Below are positions 1 to 12,346 of a stretch of 64,000 nucleotides of DNA, in pieces. Source of the DNA: Eledone cirrhosa. Its lineage: Eukaryota. The notes beneath the pieces are model-generated. The model was not told the DNA's origin, did no database searches, and saw nothing but the letters and a program-made list of their open reading frames with translations. Position 1 is the first letter of the stretch. Each line of letters starts with the position of its first letter. The position numbers were made by a program, and so were the translations under genes. Location of the stretch: the NCBI GenBank assembly GCA_964016885.1, contig OZ024743.1, positions 5,642,001 to 5,706,000 of the forward strand. The letters run 5' to 3'.

Positions 1-279
1 GATGTTGGAAAGGCAGAAATGGTAAAAAGCTATTTGAAATATGTTATAGTACTTAGTCTTGTTTCTTTACATTCTTGATTCTATCCTTACCAAAGTCAAC
101 TTTGTATTTCATTCTATTGGAGTCATACAATAAAGTTAATTTAATCAAATTTCCCATGGACACAAACCAAAGCTGAAGCATATACAGTATGCACCACCCC
201 ACCTCATCCACTCCCACACATCCTCCATGAAGACAGCCTGAAGTATACATCCAGTGAAGCCTCCAGCCTTCACTGTAAA

Positions 280-483
280 GTGGACATGTAGGTGTCACAA
301 CAAAAAGCACCCAGTACTCACTGTAAATGAGGTTAGCATTAGGAAGGGTATCCAGCTGTAGAAACCAAGCCCAAATCAGTTCTGTATGGCCAAGACATGG
401 TCACCTGACATGGCTCACAGCAGGATAACTCGTCTAACCCATGCCAGCATGGAAAAATGGACATTAAACAGTGATGATGATAA
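280..483 (+). mobile_element. SINE/RTE-type 3' tail (AGGAAGGGCATCCAGCTGTAGAAAC...CATGGAAAAATGGACATTAAA-(GAT)n)
   Basis: The same tail recurs at ~1954, 2690, 23160, 26345, 26745, 36965 (+) and ~2950, 39300 (-). Confidence 0.75.
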
Positions 484-529
484 AGATTCACAAAAAATTA
501 TTTATGATCTGCACACCATATCTTTATCC

Positions 530-851
530 TCTGTGACATCACAAACCATACACATTACAATCATATTTCTAACTCTACTAACATCACAACTATACTTTTG
601 ACTCCATCAGGATGTCGCAACTTTACTTTCAAATTCTAATATGACAAGACTAATTTTACTGTCACTGAAAATATACCACTGACCTTATTGTGACATCACA
701 ATTGTACCATAAGTTCTATTGTGACATCACAACTTTACCACTGGCCTTATCGTGACATCACAACTTTACCATTGACCCTATTGTGACATCACAACTGTAC
801 CACTGACTCTAATGTGACATCACAACTTTACCACTGACTCTATTGTCACAA
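530..851. repeat. Intronic minisatellite, ~31-bp unit (TATTGTGACATCACAACTTTACCACTGACC-like)
   Basis: At least 5 well-conserved units at 685-851, with more degenerate units from ~530. Confidence 0.85.
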
Positions 852-1039
852 TATTATAACTATCTATGACCTAACTATGCTATCATGATCAAACTTTTCA
901 CTCTGTTCTGCCATTTTTGTCCATAGCATTTCATTCATTTTTACCTCATGACCATTTCATTCTCTTTTACACACATCATTCTTAAAATATTTTCTGAATT
1001 CATTCTTTCTTTCCTTTTTATAATATTCCACTTTTTTAG

Positions 1040-1159
1040 GGGAATTGATTATTGACAAAGATGAATTCCCTCGGCCCAACTCCACAACAGAAACTCTGGC
1101 TAAACTGAAACCTTGCTTCTTAAAAGATAATGGAACTGTTACTGCTGGTAATGCTTCTG
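1040..1159 (+). CDS. ACAT2: Acetyl-CoA acetyltransferase (cytosolic thiolase), internal exon; the 5' exons lie upstream of the window
   Basis: ttttttAG acceptor and G|GTAAGT donor; translates [40 protein letters not shown], containing the thiolase DExPR and GTVTAGNAS motifs. Confidence 0.93.
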
Positions 1160-2430
1160 GTAAGTTTGGAATTCGTTTTTTCATTGATTGAAAGTATCAC
1201 TTTATGCCAAGGAAATAAATACTAAAAATGATCAATGTACCATTGCAAGCAGGAAAAAAGCGGACGTAAAATGAAATGATACTGTGTTCAAACCTTGCTA
1301 CAGCATTTTATGCTGTAGTTTGAGTTTGTCAGCCCTGATTTTACTGACTGGCTGTAAGCACTTCATTTTTATATCAAGAACTAAATTGTCCAATGTTTCC
1401 TTCCTTTTTTCAGTTGATAGAGTATGTTTAAGAGAAATTTAGCTGTTATTTCTAGCAGATCAAGTGACTGCATAGAGACTCTTTCATTCATTCAATCAAA
1501 AGCACTCCTTTTTTTTATTCTGTTATTCTGTATCTATCATTATATTATCTAATAGTCTTAGATATCATTTTGAAGATGATAGTGTGTGATTTAAGGGAAA
1601 TTTGTCTGCTATTTCTAGCATGTCAAGTAACCTTGTTGAAACTCTCTCTCATTGGCTCATACATTTGCCGTTGTTGCCTAAAGCAAAGTTCAAAGTTCAT
1701 AAACTCTAATTGCCTTTATTTACTTGATTAACAACTGGTACAACTACTTTTTCTCAGTTGGGTTGTTAGCAGTAAAAAGAAAATTCAAATTTAGAGAAAA
1801 TTTCTTTATTTTCCTTTTTTTACTGTTTGATGTTCTTTTTCTTACTTACTATTCAACTTCAAAATAAGGATAACACCTGTTGATAAGTAGGACAGCTGAT
1901 GTAAGCAGAGATGATTGCCCTACTCAGAGCCACATTAATTATTGTACCCAGCTAGGAAGGGCATCCAGCTGTAGAAACCTAGGCAAAAATATGAGTAAGA
2001 CACAGTCACCTGACCCAACTTGCCTCAAATGAGACAACCTGTCTTACCCATGCTAGCATGGAAAATGGACGTTAAACGATGATGATGAAATGTTGATGTA
2101 AAACAATTCTGTTCCACAAACATCCGGTGTGCAAATGTCCAAACTTTCAAAATCCATCCTATGCATACTAACAGTATGATGTATGACAATTTTTTTTTAA
2201 TCTCAAAATGACTTGTGATGTTGTTGTATAGCTCCAGTTCAATTCTGATGGAGCAAACCTATAATCAAAGGTATTCCATCTACAACAATCCTATCTATCT
2301 TCCAGATCTACACTATCAATTTTTTTCTTTTTTTTTAATACAATAGGGAATGATTTAAGGAAGATTTGGTTACTATTTCTTGCAGATTGAGTGACCACAT
2401 AGTAGTTCGCTCATTGGCGCCTGTCAATGA

Positions 2431-2685
<255 letters not shown>

Positions 2686-3099
2686 TGATTAGTGTTAGGA
2701 AAGGCATCCAGCTGTAAAATTTACAGTCCCATCAGAGCAAGGCACAGCATGACCAATCCTGGCCAGACATGTCTCTTGACACAGACGGCCCATCTGACCC
2801 ATGGAAAAAGAGACATTAAACAGTGATGATGATGATGCTGTTAGTTGTGTTCTATGTTTTCGTTTATTTTGTTTACTTTTAGAACAGAATTGGTGTTGTG
2901 CATAACTAAAAATAATGAAATTTCTCTATTTCCAAACACATCACCCATCCTCATCATCATTTTACATCCACTTTCCATGTTGACATAAGTTGGACTGATC
3001 ATCAAAATCTTAGACTAGGCTGGTTGAACTGCATCTTACTCATATGTTCCATATTTGACTTGGTTTCTACGGCTGGATGCCCTTTTTAACACTAACCAC

Positions 3100-3278
3100 A
3101 AGTGCCGTATTTACCATTGTGCTTAGGTGTGCTTAAGCACGGGGCCCTGTTGTCCAGGGGGAACCCATCTTCCTGCCAAAAAGATTTTTTTTTACCGGGC
3201 CAACCTCCTTCAGGACCCAAGTAAGGAGTCTCATAACTTAACTAGCACAGGGCCTCATTTGTCCTAAATCCAGCACTG
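3100..3278. mobile_element. hAT-type MITE inserted into a SINE tail
   Basis: TIRs AAGTGCCGTATTT / AAATCCAGCACTG; 8-bp TSD CTAACCAC/CCAACCAC. Confidence 0.7.
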
Positions 3279-3980
3279 CCAACCACTTTTTGAATACAGA
3301 GTGTACTGAATGTATTTTATTGTGGCACCAACACTAACACTTTACAAAATATACTAAGTGCAATTTATCATGTTACTAGCACTAGAGAGGTTATCATGTA
3401 CTTGACAAGACTGAAGATTCCTCTGTACCCTATATTGTTTCTGTTCAATCGTCAACTACTTTACAGAGTGTACTAAACACATTTTATTGAGGAGCCAACA
3501 CAAGAGATTTTTAAATTTTTGATAGAGCCAAAGAGTCCTCTGTCTCTTAGCTTGTAATTATAATTGCAGTAGATCAGTAATCCACTTATCTGATGTAATC
3601 TGAGAAAATTATTTCTCCATTTATTCTACTAATGCTAATTTCATATCACATTTTATTCAGCATAAATTAAAATTTTTCATTGAAATGTCAAATCTGGTCC
3701 TATTTTTAATTTTCTCACATAAGACCAAGACATATTTCTTCAGTCATTCATCCACATCTAATGTTCTCATGATTTACCAACCAACAGCATGGAGAACAAT
3801 TCCATAAACATTCCCTTGCTTTTTACCAACTAATTGTTTATACTTTTGGCACAAGGCCTACAATTATCCCAGTGTATTACTGGTACTTTATTTTATCAAC
3901 CCCAATGTTCTTATATTAGAATAGCATCTGTGGTGCTATGACAAAAGCCAATATTTCATGTAAAATTTAATATTTTATTC

Positions 3981-4446
3981 ATGTATGTGTGTATATACTG
4001 TATGTATATATATATATACTGTATGTATGTATGTATATACTGTATGTATATATATTTATATACTGTATGTATATATATATATACTGTATGTATGTATGTA
4101 TATACTGTATGTATATATATACTGTATGTATATATATATATACTGTATGTATATATATATATACTGTATGTATATATATATATATATATACTGTATGTAT
4201 ATATATATATACTGTATGTATATATATATATATATACTGTATGTATATATATATATACTGTATGTATATATATATATACTGTATGTATGTATGTATATAC
4301 TGTATGTATATATATATATATTGTATGTATATATATATATACTGTATGTATATATATATATACTGTATGTATGTATGTATATACTGTATGTATATATATA
4401 TATATACTGTATGTATATATATATATATACTGTATGTATATATATA
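3981..4446. repeat. Compound microsatellite (TA)n-CTGTATG
   Basis: Direct reading; explains the YI/CM-rich spurious ORFs. Confidence 0.97.
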
Positions 4447-4674
4447 ATGGCTGACTGAATACACATGTGTGTTTTTTCTCAATATCTCAAAAAAATGTTT
4501 CTTTCCTTTCCTTCCTCTTCTCACTGTCTATTTCATCTTTTATTCTTCATTCTATCTTCTGATGAAGGACTAGTGTCTAAAATGTAAAGACTCTTTTCCT
4601 ACTATATCAAACATTAAACTAATATATTTCTTCATTGTACTGTGTTGTTTGGTTTGTTATCTCTGTTTACTTTT

Positions 4675-4734
<60 letters not shown>

Positions 4735-4737
<3 letters not shown>

Positions 4738-4812
4738 GGTGTCCCCAAAAAATGTATACATACATCAACAGGATTCTAATGAAAGTATGTATACATTTTT
4801 TAGGCACCCCTG
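4735..4812. mobile_element. ~80-bp Tc1/mariner-like MITE (CAGGGTGTCCCCAAAAATGTATAC...GTATACATTTTTTAGGCACCCCTG)
   Basis: Self-complementary ends; two more copies form the arms of the 62.8-63.2 kb foldback. Confidence 0.75.
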
Positions 4813-4894
4813 TTTATATATGTGTGTCTAGTTATGCCCCTAAGTATACAGATACATATTACCTGTACATAATAAGTTTTCTTTTGTCATGTAG

Positions 4895-5011
<117 letters not shown>

Positions 5012-5070
5012 TGAAATGCAATTTATAATTTTAAAATTTAGTGTCAGCTATCTTTGCATAGTTACCTTAA

Positions 5071-5291
5071 CCCTTTAACATTTACATTACTCTGTATTTA
5101 CTATTGTATTTTCTTGATAAAGGTTTTACCTCACATTATTATCTCACATAATATCAAATCTATGAGATTTTGATATTATTTATTTTGAGAACAATACCTT
5201 AACATCAGTATGAGTGGCCAGTTACAGCTGGTTTGAACAGAAAGAGATGAGAAAATTCTGGCCGGATACAGCCAGTTTAAATGCTAAAGGG
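5071..5291. mobile_element. piggyBac-type MITE (~200 bp)
   Basis: TTAA-CCCTTTA(A/G)CATT ... AATGCTAAAGGG-TTAA; same family at 11298, 18719 and partial copies at ~35640, ~36320. Confidence 0.85.
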
Positions 5292-6009
5292 TTAAGAGTA
5301 TCAATTAAAGTACCAGTAACTGGCAGAATATTTAATAGGCAACTTATTTAAATCAGACAGAGAAGAAATATGGAGTAAATTACCCCAACTGTCTTGAGGA
5401 AAGGAGTAAATGTGGGTTATGATGTATGATTGTTACAAATATTGCAGTGAACCCTTGTTGCTAATGTTCACAAAATGTGATAAACAGTTAAATAAATCAG
5501 CTACATTTGAGATATATGAAGTGAAGTAGCTAAATAAAAGAGGGAGATCTTCCAAACTGGATCATATTGTTATAAAGTATTGAATAAATAGAAACATGTG
5601 AGACAGCATGTCTAATGCATGCTAATATTTCAAAATTATTGGAGACAGTAGTCAGCAAAGACTTCATTTATCCCTCTCCTTAGTGAACTGGTTATATAAC
5701 CCAGATATATTTGAGACTTTTTCTCCTATATTACTTACAATAGTCCCTTGACATGAAGAGCAGTATTAGATTTATGACATTTTAGAGATGGTTTGAGTAG
5801 AATATTTGGTTGAGCATTGGATTAAATGCCTTGGTACTTGTTTTGACTCACTGCATTCTGAGTTCAAATCCTACAACGGTCAACTTTATCTCTTATTTGG
5901 ATGAGGTTCTTTGCAGTGTCTGATCTGACTCTGAGTGTTCTGAGTTCAAATTCAATCTCTATCTGTTTCTTTGTACTGATCTGATATTATTGATAATTTT
6001 GTTTTCTAA

Positions 6010-6189
<180 letters not shown>

Positions 6190-8779
6190 GTTCTTTTCTT
6201 TTGATGTCAAAAGATGAATCTTTCCTAAAAGCCACCTAGTCTTAACCTGCATATACTATCTATAAAATGGTTTTATAAAAATATATATTTATTGCATATT
6301 ATTATTGATTTTAGACAAAATGCCTTACTGTATTACATTTCATCTTTTTTATTCTGAATTGAAGCTCCACCAATATCTACTCTGCTTTTTATCCCTCTGT
6401 CATTATTAGAAATAAATAGGGTGGCAGAATTGGTAGAGCAACAGACAAAAGGATTTACCAAACATATACTAGGGTTGATTTAGATAATTGTACACCTCCA
6501 CTACTAATTTGTGACAGTGTGCCAATCCAGAAGTTATATAATGTAAAATTTAGTTAACTAGGATTTTTTCGACACACTGACACATACATGTTTATGTATG
6601 TGCATATGCATAGATTTATATGTATGAGTATATAAATATAAACACGCAAACACAGGCACATATACAAAAATACACACTCACAGATATACATTCACACAAA
6701 TACACACACATTCACACAAACACATATGTACGCATACACTCACACACAGCGTAGCAAATGGAACACTAGCCACTGTTTTGCTATAGATTTTTCACCAACC
6801 CTTTCCTTCCTTTTACACACAAACACACATTGTGTGACAGAAGGACAGATGTCGCTCAAATTTATATATAGATAACTATGTATGTGTTTTTATACATTTT
6901 ACCCACCAGATACTATTGATACATTATATATAGCCATTCGTTATAACACTGTTTCAGTGTCAGTTTATTTCTTCCTTCTGCATCACACACACACAAACAT
7001 GCCCTTCCTTTATATTTTTTCATTTTTATTTCTACTTCTTTATCTATCATCTCGTCGAGTTTTTCCACTCAATGACCCTGTCATTTGCCGTCTCTTATTA
7101 TTTTTTCATATAGAATTGATTTTATTCCTCAAGCTATGTTAGTGGAGTGAGGGTCGATTTGTCACTACTTACTTACACATTACAAAAATTTCTTTTCTCC
7201 TTGGATAGTAAGTACCCTAAGCTCTCTTGGGTAACATTCCTGACAGTTAAGCAACAAAGGCATCTACCCATTCACTCGGTCTTGAGGGAATATTATCTTC
7301 TTTTTTTTTTTCATTTAACTTTGGAAATCTTAAGCCTAAAACTATCACTAAATTAAGTTGCCAATATACAATTCAAATTGCAGCAATGTGTAACATGTTA
7401 TACACATTTGAAATTATTTTATATATACCATCAGACTTGGTTATATTTTTTACTCTCAGTTTTTTATATCACTCCACTCAGTCATACACTAACTTATTAG
7501 ACATAAATCAAATGCAAAAACATGTTGAATATAGATAAAACTATTTCATATTTTAACTATAATTACATTCTTGTGTTGTTTTTTTGTCAGTCTTGGTTAT
7601 TATGTTACAACTTTCATGTATTTTCTCCTATTGTTTACTTGAGCAATGACTGGTACTTACTGCTTGATACGTGTGTGTTGGACTTCCACTGTTTCTGATA
7701 AGTGTTCCAGTTGTTTGATCAATTGAGCAGCTTCCCGGGAAAATTAATGTGCAAGTGATTGAGTGTTCCACAGACACATGAACCCTTAATGTAATCCTCA
7801 GGGAGATTCAGTGTGATATGGTTGGCCCTTTGAATCACAGGTACAACTCATTTTTGCCAGCTGAATGGGATGGAGAATTGAACTCACAGCCTTATGATGG
7901 CCAGCAGAACACCCTAACTACTAAGATATGACAAAAGTTGACTTCCTAGTCTTAGAGATCCAAATTTTGATCCTACTACCAACAACTCAAGTCAACCCAA
8001 ATTTATTAGTAAAATTAGGTAGACAGAAACTGTATGGAAGCCCATTGGATGGATTGTACTTATAATTCAAAGGTCCAGTCTTATTACATAGTGTCATGAT
8101 GAATTATGTTAAAGGTATACATATGGAATACCCAGCTATGTGCATGTTGATTGAGCAGTTAAATGCTTATTGTCAAACCATGACAAAGAAAAGAAATCTT
8201 TTGTGTGCTTCCTTATCATTATTGCTTTCATGTTGACTATTTTACATTTCATTTTTCTTTTGTTTTTTTGTCACCACTATGTTGTGTGTTTGTGTCGTCT
8301 ACAGTCAGTTCACATCTCTTTTCCATCTGCTACATTATGTCCAAGAACAATTTCCTTTCCTGCATTCATTCTTCACCTTCAGAATGTCCATAGGGAAATT
8401 AGAACTCAAATTCAAAACTACGTGCAACTGAAACAATAATCGATTTTACAAAGCTCTTTCTGTTTAAAGCAATGGTTTGTATCTGTCTCTCTGTGATACT
8501 TATCCTTAGTGAACCAAAAGCAAGCCTTTGCATGGTTACACGACCTGCTAGAAATAGAAGCCAAATTTATCCTGTCTTCCTTAAATCATACCCTATAATC
8601 ATAAAAAATTACTTGCTCAATAATGTAGTCTGAGCAACACTATATCTGAAAACAAAATGAGATAATCAATTCTGGAATGTCTTTCATAGGTCTGCTCAAC
8701 CAGGGCAGACATGGGGCTAAGCAATATGACTTATTTTGAGTTCAATGTACTATAATATCATGTTAATCCTTTGCCAAAG

Positions 8780-10060
8780 ACACTGCAGCTTCTTGAAACA
8801 TTCATTGATTAAAATTCTGCTTGCAGTCATGAGTTGTAAGTTGATTGGGGCAGATATAAAAAGTGTCTTTGAGAACACAGTATAAAGTTGGTGACAGACT
8901 ATAAGACATTGCTATCATGTGACACTTCATGTCATCAGCCTAAAATTTGCCGGATACAATACAGTGTTTTGAGGATACACCTTCAAATTTTGTTCACTGT
9001 TGATCCACTTCTTATTAATGAGGATAAAAATCAAGTTGAGCTCCCACTCCATTGGGGTGAATATGAGTCCAGAGCTTCCATACTTCTGGAACTGAATGTT
9101 TCAGCAGCATAAACCATTTTCAATCAAGAAATGTTCTAAGTGGCTGCCATTTCTATTGGTTTCTTTATACAGGGTATATTTGTTCAACTGGCTCCATCCA
9201 AGATACACATGGAAGTCTCCAGCTATTATCAAAACATTGTTTTGGAATAGTGAGATAAAGAAGATAATTTGTCATAGGAAACCATACCATCTTGTTCATC
9301 TGATATTTATAGGGCCGTAACAATAAATTACAGTGGTTACTGGGTTCCCTCTAAAGCTTTCAATTACTAATCAAAGTGAAATCTTCTCAACACTGGTATG
9401 GGAAGATGATGCTTGGGGGCTGAGTAGCAACCGTACCCCTCCAATGGGACTGTTTAATGCATTCTTCCACAAAGATGCTGTTATCAGAGTTCAGCCCTTC
9501 CCAAAGTCATGGTATTTCAGGTCGAGGTCATCATGGAAGTAATGATGTTCTTGAATGCAAGTGATATTGATTTTATGTTCAATAGCCAATGCTATTAATT
9601 CTGAGGGTTGACACTCATTGTTTAGAGTCCGAACATTGAAGGTAGATATAGAGGTCATCTTCGTGTCTTTTAGTTTGGTTCTGGTACTGGGTCAATAGTA
9701 TGGACAAAACACAAAGATTGGAGAACATGCTTGATGGGACATACACTTGAATGCTGAACAGGTCCTGGAAACAACATTCCGTGAAAGAAGAGCTATATGG
9801 ACAGATATCTCTTGTATCAGATTTAGTTAGGGAAAGAAGGATAAGATACGCTGGGCACTGGTACCGAAGCAAAGACAAGTCTGTTAGCAGTCTTCTTTTG
9901 TGGATGCTCTTGTATTGGGTGTCCTCAGATGACTTATATCGACCAACTGACTAAAGATGTTGATTTGACAATCGAAGATCTGAAAACAGCGATGGAGGAC
10001 AGCAACATCTGAAGAGGAAGAGTGGAGATAGCTCAGACAATTTGACCAATCCGAGTAGTA
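8780..10060 (+). mobile_element. Highly decayed RTE-like LINE RT/3' fragment
   Basis: Fragmentary LN.SWKQH...ELYG...RRIRYAGHWYR peptide (ORF 9751); many stops. Confidence 0.55.
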
Positions 10061-11297
10061 GTATTCTTCTACATAATTTCAATTTGTTACACATTCTCTG
10101 CATAATGTTTATGTTTGTCTCTTTTTATACTGACCTTCATGATCCCACTAAGCCAGTCTTTATATTTGCTTTCTGTAGCATTGAGCATATGAATGAGAAA
10201 TGTACCTCTTGATTTACAAGTTAACTTTCCTTCAATCCAACAAACCCCTCATCAATTTTATAGTGTACCGACTGTTTAAAGTTTTGAACTACACCAAGCT
10301 GTTGAAACCTGTATATTGTCACTTTATTTGCTGACAACCAAATTCTCCCCTACTGTCTTAAGTAGGGGAGAATTTGGACAATGTAGACTTAGATCTACAG
10401 AAAGATGGAATGTCTTTGATCATGAATCTGCTGGATTAGAGCTGACCTGGTGCTAAACAACAACACCCTATTCAGAGTTAGGTTAAGTCTTTTAGACACC
10501 AATCAAATATAGTGCTTATACCAAGATACAAGCTGCTGACCTTTCAGCTGTTTGTCTAGTGTCTTATTGATTTATTCATCTGCCCTCTCTAAATTTACTC
10601 TATTGGTGTTTAAATATTCAGCATTGATTCTATTTAGCAATGTTTAAGTTTAATTACTCAGTTCAATATCTCATTATATTCTATACTTCACTGCACACAC
10701 ACTTCTAGTGTAATGGTTCAGTTGTATTTATTGTTGATATCAGTGACAAATAGCCATAATGTGTTGACCTACTGACTAAACTCTACCTGTTACCAAGACA
10801 CTTCTTAGATCTCACTAACCCAATCCATTTTACTAGAACTAGGTTCCATTTGTTGGTGTTGAAATCAAATAACTGAGCAGATGTGATACTCTTCTACTGA
10901 TCAAAAGTTTAAGTTTGATGCAAGTATTTATTTGTGTTATATTTTATTCTATATTGCCCCCAGTTTATCTAGCTGTCAGAAATAGGTAACAGATTATCTG
11001 GAAATATTAATTGCAATGGACTGGCATTCTGTTGATTGGAAATTATGAAGTTGAAATTCTTCTATTTGTATCTGTGAGGCTAAATAGCCCTTGGATCACT
11101 ACATAAAGACAAAGTCTTCAATTGGTAATCCATGCAATTTAATGGGTTTGAAGCTGTTTAGTATTAACGCTAATAAGGGACATGAAATATACAAAGTGCC
11201 TTTTATTTTTATCCGACATGTATCACACATAATCTTGTGAGTGAATTAGTTATTCAGACAATCTATGGAAAAAAAAGACTTATAATCAGTTGTTTAA

Positions 11298-11488
11298 CCC
11301 TTTAGCATTTAAACTGACTATCCGGCCAGAATTCTCTCACCCCTTTGTTCAAACTGGTTGCTCATACTGACGTTAAGGTATTGTTCTCAAAATAAATATC
11401 AAAATCTCATAGATTCGATATTATATGAGACAAAGCCTTTACCACAAAAATACAATAGTAAATATAGAGTAATGCAAATGCTAAAGGG
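11298..11488. mobile_element. piggyBac-type MITE
   Basis: TTAACCCTTTAGCATT ... AATGCTAAAGGGTTA; internal similarity to the 5071 copy in reverse orientation. Confidence 0.85.
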
Positions 11489-12346
11489 TTATTTGTTTTT
11501 TTAATAAATGGTTTTCTGAGTAAGCTCTTTAAATTTTTGTTTGTTTTTCCTAGTTCACTATATACAAAAATAAATAAAATATTTAATGACTACTCAATAT
11601 CAACTACTTTTTTCACTTATATTGTGATACCTTCATCATGAAACAATTAATTATATATTTTTTTAATCAAATGCAAGAATACCATTTTTATAACTAATTT
11701 GGAAGATTTTAAATTATTCTTCATACATTTCTACTTCTATTCTTAATTATAAAAATGAACACTAGAGTTGATTAAAAGAAAAATGTGTAATTTCTATATT
11801 TTCGAAGTAAAGGTAATACCAATTCCTGTTGTTTTTAGTTATTATTTACTCTTTATTTAGCTGTCTGTAGTAGATGTGACTTATGAGCTTGTGAGTTTCA
11901 GAAAAAATTATGTAAAGAAGTGAAGAATCTTTTCTTGTGTTTTTCTCCCATTTGAGGGGAGAAAAAACTTTACCATTTTGAAATTTTTGTTGTCAGACAA
12001 TTTTTAAAAACTATTTTTTAAGCATGGTATCCACCAAATGGTAATATGATGAGGCTACTACAAATGTGGTAGTAACATTTACAAAACAAAAAAGGACAAA
12101 CTGAGATAGAAAATGACACACATTTCTAATAATGGCTTTGCTAACATGGCAACCCCCCCAAAAAAAACATTAGACATAGATTGACTCCAGGTACCAAAAA
12201 GACATGAAAGAGGTATGTTATAAGGGACACTATCTTCTTGCCCCAGGCATATACCTAGAAACACATGCATGCATGCCCTCATATGCTGCAAACAGCGCGT
12301 TGAGCCGGTGCTTATCCTAGTTTCATGATGGGAAGTGACTGAGAAT

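Noticed and set aside
530-851. CRISPR-like array (palindromic repeat with regular spacing)
   Set aside because: The 'spacers' are copies of each other, the DNA is eukaryotic intron, and there are no cas genes; it is a minisatellite
3979-4524. Five overlapping 136-181 aa ORFs
   Set aside because: Translations of a TA/TG microsatellite
6190-12300. TCP1 overlapping the ACAT2 3' end as in mammals
   Set aside because: No chaperonin-like exons seen on the minus strand; only repeats and decayed LINE sequence
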